From Acaryochloris marina MBIC11017 (GTDB lineage Bacteria > Cyanobacteriota > Cyanobacteriia > Thermosynechococcales > Thermosynechococcaceae), in assembly GCF_000018105.1 (NCBI RefSeq), contig NC_009929.1, positions 194,681 to 226,680 on the forward strand: DNA of 32,000 nucleotides. The letters are read 5' to 3'. This document shows positions 8,817 to 18,000 of the stretch, in pieces. The notes beneath the pieces are model-generated. The model was given only the letters and a program-made list of their open reading frames with translations. It had not been told where the DNA came from and did not search any database. Each line of letters begins with the position of its first letter. Within the stretch, counting starts at the first letter, position 1. The position numbers and the translations under genes were made by a program.

Positions 8817-9971
8817 TTGTTCGCAGTATTGATGGCTAACGCTGGCAAAAAAGTCAGAATCTTAGAATCTCAAGAGCACCACACTTCACTGTATACGGTC
8901 GAGTCATTTCACTATCGTGATGAAGTGGTGGAGAGCAATGGAGAGAACAACACTTACCACGTAGGTGCTTATCTAGAAGATGGATTGCACGAAGGGGCAA
9001 TTACCTCAGCCCTAAGGGTTGCTCAGCAGATTGGCTTGAAGTTGGTTTGCGTCAGTTACAATTTCCTCTCCCTATATTATGTGGATGGGGATAACAATCA
9101 CACCCCCCATGTCTCTATGTTGTTGAAAGCTAACGGCCATGCTGCTCCTCTGGGGTGGTCCCTCGAATATCGTGATCCGAAGGTGATCGAACAATTGATG
9201 CCACTTTTGAGCTGGCTATATCATCATTACTTCCATGTCCAAACCAGTGGTTGGCACCATGTCCCATCCGATGCCCCCATTTTGATGGTTGGTTCCCATA
9301 ACGGTGGACTGTCTGCACCTGATATGTATATGAGCATGTATGACTGGTGTAGACAGTTTGGGGCTGAACGGCCTATTTATGGACTGCTACATCCTGGGAT
9401 TTGGCAGGCGTTTCAGCAAACATGTCCTCCTTTAGCCCGACTGGCGGGGCAGATTGGCAGTATTATGGCTCACCCTAAGATGGCGATCAACGCTCTAAGG
9501 CAAGGAGCTAGCGTTCTAGTTTATCCCGGTGGGGCACAGGATGTGTTTCGTCCTTATTGTCAACGCCACCAAATTCATCTGGCTGGGCGCAAGGGGTTTA
9601 TTAAGTTAGCGTTGGAGGAAAAAGTTCCAATTGTTCCTTTGATCTCAAATGGTGCTCACGAGACGCTGATTGTGCTAGCTGATTTTTACCAGGCGATCCA
9701 GCAGCTTCACGACTGGGGAATTCCCTGGCTTGGTGGAATTGATCCAGATGTTTTTCCTGTCTATCTTGGCCTCCCTTGGGGGCTAGCTTTTGGTCCCCTA
9801 CCCAATATTCCACTACCTGTTCCCATCCAAACGCAAGTCTGTCCACCGATAGTGTTTGAGCATTATGGGGCAGAAGCAGCGCGCGATCGCACCTACGTAA
9901 CTGCCTGTTACGAACAGGTCCAAGCCCAAATGCAACAAGATTTAGATGCATTAGTGGACTCAAATCCATAA
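8817..9971 (+). CDS. Lysophospholipid/monoacylglycerol acyltransferase-like (LPLAT_MGAT-like) protein; the N-terminal ~100 codons look like a collapsed FAD-oxidoreductase remnant (alternative start ATG 9117)
   Basis: Acyltransferase blocks are ILMVGSHNGGLSAPD, VLVYPGGAQDVFRP and LAGRKGFIKLALEEKVPIVPLISNGAHE. The tool start is a TTG. The frame is open from 8763 and reads DYLTAGNGLSSLLFAVLMANAGKKVRILE, then HVGAYLEDGLHEGAITSALRVAQQIG. Confidence 0.7.
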   Translation: MFAVLMANAGKKVRILESQEHHTSLYTVESFHYRDEVVESNGENNTYHVGAYLEDGLHEGAITSALRVAQQIGLKLVCVSYNFLSLYYVDGDNNHTPHVSMLLKANGHAAPLGWSLEYRDPKVIEQLMPLLSWLYHHYFHVQTSGWHHVPSDAPILMVGSHNGGLSAPDMYMSMYDWCRQFGAERPIYGLLHPGIWQAFQQTCPPLARLAGQIGSIMAHPKMAINALRQGASVLVYPGGAQDVFRPYCQRHQIHLAGRKGFIKLALEEKVPIVPLISNGAHETLIVLADFYQAIQQLHDWGIPWLGGIDPDVFPVYLGLPWGLAFGPLPNIPLPVPIQTQVCPPIVFEHYGAEAARDRTYVTACYEQVQAQMQQDLDALVDSNP

Positions 9972-10025
9972 TTGTTAGAGTAGAGGCATCTTTGCTAATC
10001 CCCAATATATGGGTTGTGCAGCTCA

Positions 10026-10643
10026 ATGAAGATCCTCTTAGTTCATGGCCTGGGTAGGACACCGATGTCCATGATGGGCCTCGCATATTCTCTCGATCAG
10101 TCTGGCTATCAAACAGAATTTTTTAGCTACACTGCCTTTGCTGAATCTTACGAGCAGATCGTAACGCGTTTACGAAATCGATTCCAGATGTTGTCAAATA
10201 AAGGCCCATACGGAATTGTAGCTCATTCTCTCGGTGGGATATTGACCCGCTCAGCCCTATCTCTATCTAGAAGTTTCCCCCGCCATATTGTGATGCTAGG
10301 CACGCCCAATCAACCCCCACGCTTAGCAAAAATAGCTTGGAATCTATGGCCCTTCCAATGGTTCTCGGGAACCAGTGGTGCCAATCTCGCCAGCTCAGAA
10401 TTTTATGCATCTCTGCCCCATTTGCACGCCTCCTATACCATCATTGCGGGTACCAGCGGTCCTCGTGGTCCCTGGAGCCCCTTTGGGATGGAGTTGAACG
10501 ATGGGCTTGTGGCTCTGAATGAAACTCGTCTCCTGGAATCCGATCAACCCATAACCTTTCCAGGGATCCATGGCTTTATGATGAATCAAGCAACCGTTCA
10601 GACAGCGGTAGCTCAAGTCTTTCGACACACTTCATCTAAATAA
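10026..10643 (+). CDS. Alpha/beta hydrolase (esterase/lipase-like)
   Basis: MKILLVHGLGRT and the nucleophile elbow AHSLGG are present. ATG 10026 is preferred over the upstream GTG 10014. Confidence 0.75.
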   Translation: MKILLVHGLGRTPMSMMGLAYSLDQSGYQTEFFSYTAFAESYEQIVTRLRNRFQMLSNKGPYGIVAHSLGGILTRSALSLSRSFPRHIVMLGTPNQPPRLAKIAWNLWPFQWFSGTSGANLASSEFYASLPHLHASYTIIAGTSGPRGPWSPFGMELNDGLVALNETRLLESDQPITFPGIHGFMMNQATVQTAVAQVFRHTSSK

Positions 10644-10667
10644 ATAATGGCCATGGCCCTAGACAGT

Positions 10668-11072
10668 TTAGGGATTTGGGTTAGGGACTTTTGGAGAGCG
10701 ATTTATTCGCTGAGTTGTAATCCAGTGGTAAAACAATGATCCAAACATGAGCGAAATGATAAACAAGAATGGATTCCAAATTCCTAAAACTAAGGCGACT
10801 AGACCAGGACCAGGGCAGTAACCTGCCATTCCCCAACCAATGCCAAAGATAGCTGAGCCGATAAGTAACTGCAAATCGATAGCTTGTTTACTGATACCTC
10901 CCCACACGTAAAGGCGGGGGGTTCTATTGTCCTTTGCAGCTCTCTCTAGCTCTCGGTTATGACCTATAACATCTAGAGTCTTACTGCTTGAAGTAGAACT
11001 ACTTCGAGCGATCCTCTCTGAGGCTAAATTAACCTTGTAAACCCGTGGGTGTGGGTTGGGGAGCCAAAACAT
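10668..11072 (-). pseudogene. C-terminal remnant of a DUF6691/YeeE-YedE-type sulfur-compound transporter subunit
   Basis: Only the last ~60 aa (LLIGSAIFGIGWGMAGYCPGPGLVALVLG...) match the family. The preceding ~70 codons (SERIARSSSTSSSKTLDV...) are non-membrane, low-complexity sequence. Confidence 0.5.
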
Positions 11073-11268
11073 ATTCGTAAAGAGCCCCCCCGATAAATAG
11101 TCCTAAGATAAAGGTCCAACGCCAGCGTTCGTGGGGAGTAAGCTTGATCGCACCGTTAACCATACCGCTCACACCAGCAATGCGACCATTGAAGAGTAGA
11201 AAGATTGCCGCACTGAGACCGATTAGGATACCTCCTAACAAAGCCCTAACCCAGTAAAAGGTACCCAT
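11029..11268 (-). pseudogene. N-terminal remnant of a YeeE/YedE family protein (lacks the GCTSGHG half)
   Basis: MGTFYWVRALLGGILIGLSAAIFLLFNGRIAGVSGM matches the N-terminus of small YeeE/YedE proteins. The frame stops after 79 aa, and no frame downstream encodes the conserved Cys motif. Confidence 0.5.
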
Positions 11269-11280
11269 TTTTCTCCTTAT

Positions 11281-13017
11281 TCAATTACAGCCCAGCGCTA
11301 GCATAGCCTGATGAGTGCTTAGAAAGATGCGTTCTCGACCCAGCTTTTCCACAAAATCTGTCTTCTCTAGCTGATCCATCACTGGACCCTTAACTTCAGC
11401 TAAATAGACCCTCACGCCAGCAGAGTTCAAATCAGCAAACAGTGCTTCAAGCGTTTCCAATGCGCTCGCATCAATGAAGTTTATGGCACTACAGATCAGT
11501 ACAAGATGTTGCAAATCAGATATGTGAGACACAGCATGCAGCACATAGTCTTCCAAAGCTTTTATATTGGCAAAATAGAGACTTTCATCCACACGAATTG
11601 CTAACACATGTGGGTAGGTTTTTACAGGATTCCGTAGCACATTCCTAAAATGCTCAGAGCCCTCAATTCGACCAACAACTGCTAAATGGGGATGGCTGGT
11701 CCGCCATAAATACAGGCATAGAGAGGCCAGAACCCCTACGAGAATTCCAGCTTCAATCCCTAACCCCAACACAGCACCAAATGTGATCAGTAATGAAGCC
11801 GCATCTGCACGATTGTATTGCCACATGCGTTGAAGTGACGTGAAATCTATCAAATTCAAAACAGCAACGATAATGATCGCTGCCAACACAGCCTGAGGCA
11901 AAAAATAAAATAAGGGTGTGAAAAATAGAACCGTTAAGGCAATGAGCAAAGCTGTGATGATGGATGCTAAACCTGTGTTGGCCCCAGCACTAAAATTAAC
12001 CATGGTTCGACTTAATCCCCCAGTGACTGGATATCCACCAGTGAAGGCTGCGCTCAGGTTTGCAGCTCCTAGACCGATCAACTCTTGGTTGGCATCAATT
12101 TTTTGCCGACGTTTACTAGCCAGGGACTTAGCCACAGAAATACTTTCCATAAATCCCACAAGACTAATTGCAACGGCAGTAGGCATAAGAGCTTGCCAAC
12201 TCTTCAAGTCAAAGGTGGGCAGCGTCAAGGGCGGCAAACCCGCTCGAATCTCACCAATAATCTTGACCTGCGCCACTTCATGGAGTTGGAGTCTCCACAC
12301 CAAAACAGTATTAACGAGCACCAGCAGCAATGGTCCACCTCTGGTCAAGGGGAGAATCAAATTTTGAGGCATCCCTAGCTTCTTCAGTAGTGGCTGCAAT
12401 TGATGGTTGAAGACCAGCAACACAACTAGGCTAGTGAGACCAAGGATCAGGGTAATGCTATTCCTCTGAGGCAGGTGCTGCCAAATCTCCTGTAGTAATT
12501 CTGGAAAGGACTCGGTCTTTGGAAGCTGCAATCCAAAAAGGTGTTTAAGCTGGCTAAAACCAATAATGATGGCAGCTGCACTCGTGAAGCCAGAAATTAC
12601 GGCATGACTGAGAAAGTTCACCAGAAAACCGAGTCGAACCACTCCCATCAGCATTTGTAGGATGCCTACTAAAAGGGCCAACATCATAGCCAAAGTTAGG
12701 TATTCAGACGTATTGGGTTGAGCGAGTTGTCCTACCCCTGTGGCCACTAACAGCGAAACGATGGCGACGGGACCCACAGCCAAAGTTCTGCTTGTCCCCA
12801 AAAGCGCATACAGTATCAGTGGCATGATGCTGGCATAGAGGCCAATCTGAGGGGGTAAACCAGCCAGCAATGCATAGGCCATGCCTTGAGGAACCAGCAT
12901 GATCGCTACTATTACTCCTGCCATTAAATCGCCAATAAGGTGCTGAGAACGGTATTCCAGAAACCATTTTAGAAAGGGTAGATAGCGACTTAAGTGAGTG
13001 AGTCTATGAAGAGGCAT
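11281..13017 (-). CDS. SulP family inorganic anion (sulfate) permease with C-terminal STAS domain
   Basis: The N-terminal SulP signature is LIGDLMAGVIVAIMLVPQGMAYALLAGLPP. The protein has a multi-TM core and a STAS tail (VLAIRVDESLYFANI...INFIDASALETL). Confidence 0.9.
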   Translation of the reverse strand: MPLHRLTHLSRYLPFLKWFLEYRSQHLIGDLMAGVIVAIMLVPQGMAYALLAGLPPQIGLYASIMPLILYALLGTSRTLAVGPVAIVSLLVATGVGQLAQPNTSEYLTLAMMLALLVGILQMLMGVVRLGFLVNFLSHAVISGFTSAAAIIIGFSQLKHLFGLQLPKTESFPELLQEIWQHLPQRNSITLILGLTSLVVLLVFNHQLQPLLKKLGMPQNLILPLTRGGPLLLVLVNTVLVWRLQLHEVAQVKIIGEIRAGLPPLTLPTFDLKSWQALMPTAVAISLVGFMESISVAKSLASKRRQKIDANQELIGLGAANLSAAFTGGYPVTGGLSRTMVNFSAGANTGLASIITALLIALTVLFFTPLFYFLPQAVLAAIIIVAVLNLIDFTSLQRMWQYNRADAASLLITFGAVLGLGIEAGILVGVLASLCLYLWRTSHPHLAVVGRIEGSEHFRNVLRNPVKTYPHVLAIRVDESLYFANIKALEDYVLHAVSHISDLQHLVLICSAINFIDASALETLEALFADLNSAGVRVYLAEVKGPVMDQLEKTDFVEKLGRERIFLSTHQAMLALGCN

Positions 13018-13080
13018 ACACTTTGAATCAGCCTAAAATCGGGTCTAATCTGCTCCCTGTGAGGAAGGCGTCGAGAACTT

Positions 13081-13563
13081 TCAATCGTTGCTTACCCCTA
13101 TCAAGACAAGACTACCCCCCACAACAATACTGAATAGTACAAACCAAGGAGATAGCGTTGACCCCAAACTAGTCCCAAGGAGAACACAAGAGCCCGTTAA
13201 AATTTGGGCTAAACGAAGTATGTTTATGGATCGCTTGCCCTGAGTGGGATATCCAGCAGCCTTCCAAGCAGCTAAACCGCCTTGAAGATGATGAACATGG
13301 CTAAATCCTGCCTGCAACATTTGATGTGCAGCTTGGGTCGAACGGTCACCAGATTGACACTGAAGGACAATCCTTTGCCCCTGAAGACGAGGGACTGTGG
13401 CGGGGTCAAACTTGTCGATCGGTATCAGTTTTGCTCCAGGAATATGACTTTTTTCAAACTCCTGGGGTTTGCTGACATCAATCAATAACACCTCATTCCG
13501 ATCCATCCATTGCTTGAGCGTGAGGGCATCAATTTCTTTTAGATTGTGCATTGCAAATGTCAT
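13081..13563 (-). CDS. Rhodanese-domain sulfurtransferase with C-terminal DUF2892-like membrane segment (YgaP-like)
   Basis: The active-site loop is CQSGDRS. LIDVSKPQEFEKSHIPGA is present, and the C-terminal helices are LAQILTGSCVLLG and WFVLFSIVVGGSLVLIG. ATG 13563 is preceded by GAGGGA, and the tool start at 13635 is less likely. Confidence 0.8.
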   Translation of the reverse strand: MTFAMHNLKEIDALTLKQWMDRNEVLLIDVSKPQEFEKSHIPGAKLIPIDKFDPATVPRLQGQRIVLQCQSGDRSTQAAHQMLQAGFSHVHHLQGGLAAWKAAGYPTQGKRSINILRLAQILTGSCVLLGTSLGSTLSPWFVLFSIVVGGSLVLIGVSND

Positions 13564-13654
13564 TGTCTTCCCTCTTTGAAATGAGCCCATTAGGCTGATG
13601 GGATTGGTAAAGAACTGATCTTTTGGAGTTAGCAATCCAGTATTCCAAGCATCA

Positions 13655-14380
13655 TTAAGCAGTAATCACTTGACCACATCGTTCATTAGCTGGGACCGCT
13701 TCCATGATCTTTTGTGGATTAGGAAGATCCAAAGCGTTCATAAACTCAATAAAAGTGTTGCGATCTCTTCCTTTAAACCGGGGATTCCATTGCTTCTCTT
13801 CACCAATCGAGGAGAGGGTAAGTCCTCGATAGTCATGCCCCGGAAAGACCAGAATCTCCTCCGACAGCGTAAATAATTTCTGGGTGACTGAGTCATAAAG
13901 TGTTCCTGCATCTCCGCTTTGGAAGTCTGTACGACCGCAACCGCGAATGAACAAAGCATCTCCCGTTAGTACACGATCTCCATTGACCAAATAGGCGTTA
14001 TGACTATCTGTGTGACCGGGCGTCGCAATGGCTTGGATAGGGATAGTCCCCAAGGTTATTGTTTCCCCATCTTGTAAGTAACGATCAGCACAGGCGGCAT
14101 GAGCATGCTCTGGCACGATCCCCTGACACCCTGTTTTTGCCCGTAATGCTTCAGTTCCCGTAATGTGATCAGCATGGATGTGGGTTTCTAGACAGAACTG
14201 GAGTTTTAAGCCCAATTCGTGTATCAGTTTTAAATCTCGGTCTACTTGCTCTAAAACAGGATCCACTAACAGTGCTGCTTTGGTCTCAGGATCAGCTATC
14301 AGGTAGGTATAGGTGTTAGATTGCTGGTCGAAAAGCTGTCTAAATAACCATATTTCACTATGTGAATGTCTTGCCATCAT
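13655..14380 (-). CDS. ETHE1-type persulfide dioxygenase (MBL fold)
   Basis: LFRQLFD..SNTYTYL, HIHADHITG, TPGHTDSH, TGDALFIRGCGRTDFQSG and VFPGHDY closely parallel human ETHE1 blocks. The start is placed at the MMARHSH methionines, and the tool's longer start at 14437 would overlap the upstream gene. Confidence 0.85.
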   Translation of the reverse strand: MMARHSHSEIWLFRQLFDQQSNTYTYLIADPETKAALLVDPVLEQVDRDLKLIHELGLKLQFCLETHIHADHITGTEALRAKTGCQGIVPEHAHAACADRYLQDGETITLGTIPIQAIATPGHTDSHNAYLVNGDRVLTGDALFIRGCGRTDFQSGDAGTLYDSVTQKLFTLSEEILVFPGHDYRGLTLSSIGEEKQWNPRFKGRDRNTFIEFMNALDLPNPQKIMEAVPANERCGQVITA

Positions 14381-14418
14381 CACTATGCTCCCTATCAGAT
14401 TATCTTCAGCTACTTGCT

Positions 14419-14973
14419 TTAGGGACATGCGCCCCAATTACTCCAAACCGGAATACCCTCTTGATCGCGAAGCTTTAGGGTCACATCGGCTTTGGTAACT
14501 GCAGCTGCAATCACAGCTGGCTGATTATCAACCTCCACTCTTGAACCCGTGAGGGTAATCTTATCCCCCTGTTGAATGATGAAATTTTGCTCCTCAAAGA
14601 ACCAAGTGGGTCCTAGACGGATTTCAACATTATCTGCGTCAGACCTAAGCTGAAGATGAACCCCTGTGGACATTCCCCAACGAGGGGTAACCGTATCTAC
14701 TTGTATGACCTGCCCCTGAATAGTCTCAACTGTGCTTGGATTGTAGAGTCTGCTGTATTGACCATAATTTTGTCTTCTATGGCGTCTCTGCCATCTTGGC
14801 GGCGAGTTAAGGCACTCTGATTCTGAGGCAGGGGAAGCATTGGTTTGGGCATTACTTTGTGCAGGGAATTGCTCAAAGCTAGATTCCATAGACTGTTGAC
14901 AGGCAGTCAGGAGCAGCAAGAGTAACCCCGTCAAAAGAACCGTAACAACGGCCTTAGCATAGTTAGATTTCAT
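14419..14973 (-). CDS. Lipoprotein with C-terminal OB-like (MamS/MamX-like) domain, function unknown
   Basis: A signal peptide with lipobox LLLTAC is present. The C-terminal pattern is YNP..V.T..G.V..V...GVHL.L......V.LGP.WF......GD.I...G......A.....LKLRD..G.PVW. AGGAGGG lies upstream of the ATG. Confidence 0.5.
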   Translation of the reverse strand: MKSNYAKAVVTVLLTGLLLLLLTACQQSMESSFEQFPAQSNAQTNASPASESECLNSPPRWQRRHRRQNYGQYSRLYNPSTVETIQGQVIQVDTVTPRWGMSTGVHLQLRSDADNVEIRLGPTWFFEEQNFIIQQGDKITLTGSRVEVDNQPAVIAAAVTKADVTLKLRDQEGIPVWSNWGACP

Positions 14974-15029
14974 GATTTTCCCTCCTGGCGTGATTCGATC
15001 AATCTCAAAGGAGTCTGCTCAAAGCAGGA

Positions 15030-18000
15030 TCAAGACTGGGACCGTTGGGGTCTAGCTGCTAAATATTGGTAGAGAAGCCAACGGGTATTCACGTCTTGCT
15101 GAGCTTCTTGCAAGAGTTGTTGAGCCGTCTCTGGCTGGCTACGGGTTAGCATCTTGAATCGATTCTCGGCATACATGGATGGGTTGATGGGAACCTTGGG
15201 AGCATGCGAATCTAATACCAAAGGATTTTGGCCTTGGGTCACTCGTCGAGGATCATGACGATACAAGAGCCAACGCCCAGCATCTACCAAGGATTTTTGA
15301 TGGTGCATGGCTGAAGACATCTCAATCCCATGAGCAATGCAATGGGCATAGGCAATGATTAGGGAGGGGCCTTCATAGGATTCAGCTTCGATAAAAGCTT
15401 TAAGGGTATGTTCATCCCGTGCCCCCATAGCAACACTAGCCACATAGACATTGCCGTAGGTCATCGCCATTAAACCCAGATCTTTCTTCGGGGTTGGCTT
15501 GCCTCCTGCGGCAAATTTGGCAACGGCAGCTCTTGGAGTGGACTTTGACATCTGTCCACCCGTATTGGAATAAACTTCGGTATCCAGCACAAGGATATTG
15601 ACGTTGCGCCCACTGGCCAAGACGTGATCTAGGCCGCCATAACCGATATCGTAGGCCCAACCATCTCCACCAATAATCCAGACACTCTTTTTAACGAAAT
15701 AGTCAGCCAGGGCCTTGAGCTGACTCATTTTTTCGATCAGCGAGTTATCCCGTCTGTCGTTTTTATGGGACTCCAGATGAATTTCCTGCTCCGTTAGCCA
15801 TTGTTTCAATAGAACAACTTCTTGACGGATCTCAGCAATATCAGCTTCGTCATCTTGCTTGGCTGCTAAGAGTCGCTCAGCTAGAAACTGGATATAATCA
15901 TGCTCGTCTTCTATGGTATTGACTACCTCCTCAAGAAGTTTACGAGCAAGTTCTTTTTGCTGATCAATCGCGACTCGGAAACCCAAACCAAACTCAGCAT
16001 TATCCTCAAATAGGGAGTTAGACCAAGCAGGACCTCGGCCGTCAGCGTTTACGGTCCAAGGTGTTGTGGGTAGGTTGCCACCGTAAATAGAAGAACAACC
16101 TGTGGCATTAGCAACGACCATGCGATCGCCAAATAGTTGTGTTATCAGTTTGATGTAAGGTGTTTCTCCACACCCCGCACAAGCCCCAGAAAACTCAAAT
16201 AAGGGTTGTTGCATTTGTTGATGACTAATTTTATGGAGATTGAGCGATTGACGTTGGGGATGGGGCAGGGTTAAGAAATAATCCCAATTCTGAACCTCAG
16301 TTTCTCTCAAAGGACGTTGGGGTTCCATGTTGAGGGCTTTCAGTCGGGGTTTTGACTTATTTTTCGCTGGGCAAACATCCACACAGATGCCGCATCCCGT
16401 GCAGTCTTCCGGTGCCACTTGAATGGAAAATTTAAGATCACTCCAAGCATGATCACGGGCCGCTGTACTCTTAAAGGTTGTTGGTGCTTTTTCAGTGTGT
16501 TCAGGGTCGTAGACTTTACTCCGAATGACACTGTGGGGACAAACCATGACACATTTCCCACACTGTATACAGACCTCTGGATCCCAAACAGGAATAAACT
16601 GAGCAATATTCCTTTTTTCCCATTTGGCTGTGCCCGTGGGATAGGTACCATCAGCGGGTAACGCACTAACCGGGAGCATATCTCCCTGGCGCTGAATCAT
16701 ATAATTGAGCACTTCACGGACAAACTTGGGAGCAGTTTCCGGCATCGTTGAGGCTTGACTATTGTTTACCTTTAACTGGCCGATTGAATCATCCATAGGG
16801 ACTTTGTAGAGTTGTTCTAGAGCCGCATCTACTGCCTTAAGGTTCATGCGGACAATTTCCTCGCCCTTCTTGCCATAGGTTTGATGAATCGATTCCTTAA
16901 TACATGCAACTCCCACATCACGGGGCAAGATATCTGAAAGGACAAAAAAGCACACCTGCATCACGGTATTGATGCGTCCCCCCATACCTACAGCCTGAGC
17001 TATTTGGTTGGCATTAATGCCATAGAGCTTAAGATGTTTCTGAAGTACTTGTTGCTGCACATGAGCAGGTAAGCGTTCCCAAATCTCTGTAGCTGGGTAT
17101 GGACTATTTAGCAGGACAATAGCCTTGGGTTGGGCAGCTTTCAGGACATCAATTTTGTCTAGGAAGTCCCAATGATGACAGGCAATAAAGTTGGCTTGTT
17201 CAATTAAATAGGTTGACCGAATGGGGTCTGGTCCAAATCGGAGATGAGAAACTGTGACTGACCCAGATTTTTTGGAATCGTAGACGAAGTAGCCTTGGGC
17301 ATAGTGATCAGTATGCTCGCCAATGATCTTGATCGAGTTCTTATTGGCACCGACAGTGCCATCAGCCCCTAGGCCATAGAAGATAGCTCTCATTCCCTGA
17401 TCTGAATCCGTGGAAAAAGAAGAATCATAGGGTAGGCTTGTCAGCGTGACATCATCGTTGATACCAATAGTGAAGTGATTTTTGGGGTTGGTAGTCGCGA
17501 GATGGTCAAAGATTCCTTTGACCATGGCTGGGGTAAACTCTTTAGAGGACAGACCATAGCGCCCCCCAACAACCTTTTGAACAGAAAGATGAGAGGAATG
17601 TTCGCTAAGCGTGGCAAGGACATCCAGGTAAAGTGGTTCACCGAGACTACCAGGCTCTTTAGTCCGATCTAAAACAGCTATGGATTGGGTCGAAGGGGGT
17701 AAAGCGGTTATAAATCGCTGCGCATCCCAAGGACGATAAAGGCGTACTTTGATCACTCCAACTTGATCCCCTTGTCGGTTCAAAGCATCCACCGTTTCAT
17801 GGACTGTTTCGCAACCGGAGCCCATCAGAACGATGATCCGTTCCGCCTCTGGATGGCCATGGTATTCAAATAGCTGGTATTGTCGACCTGTTAATTGAGC
17901 AAAGTCGTTCATCACTGTTTGTGTAACCGTGGAGCAATCCAGATAGTAAGGATTGACTGTTTCTCGAGCTTGGAAGTAGATATCAGGATTTTGAGCGGTG

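Noticed and set aside
11918-12967. ORFs overlapping the SulP gene (11918-12367 +, 12085-12378 +, 12704-12967 -).
   Set aside because: They are antisense or out-of-frame shadows of a clear 578-aa permease gene. The translations are low-complexity and basic.
15436-17672. Several 60-110-aa ORFs on both strands inside nifJ (15436-15660, 16340-16666, 16419-16661, 17441-17641, 17475-17672).
   Set aside because: They are fully embedded in, or antisense to, a 1207-aa gene with unambiguous PFOR motifs. They have no motifs and no RBS context, and are typical shadow ORFs.
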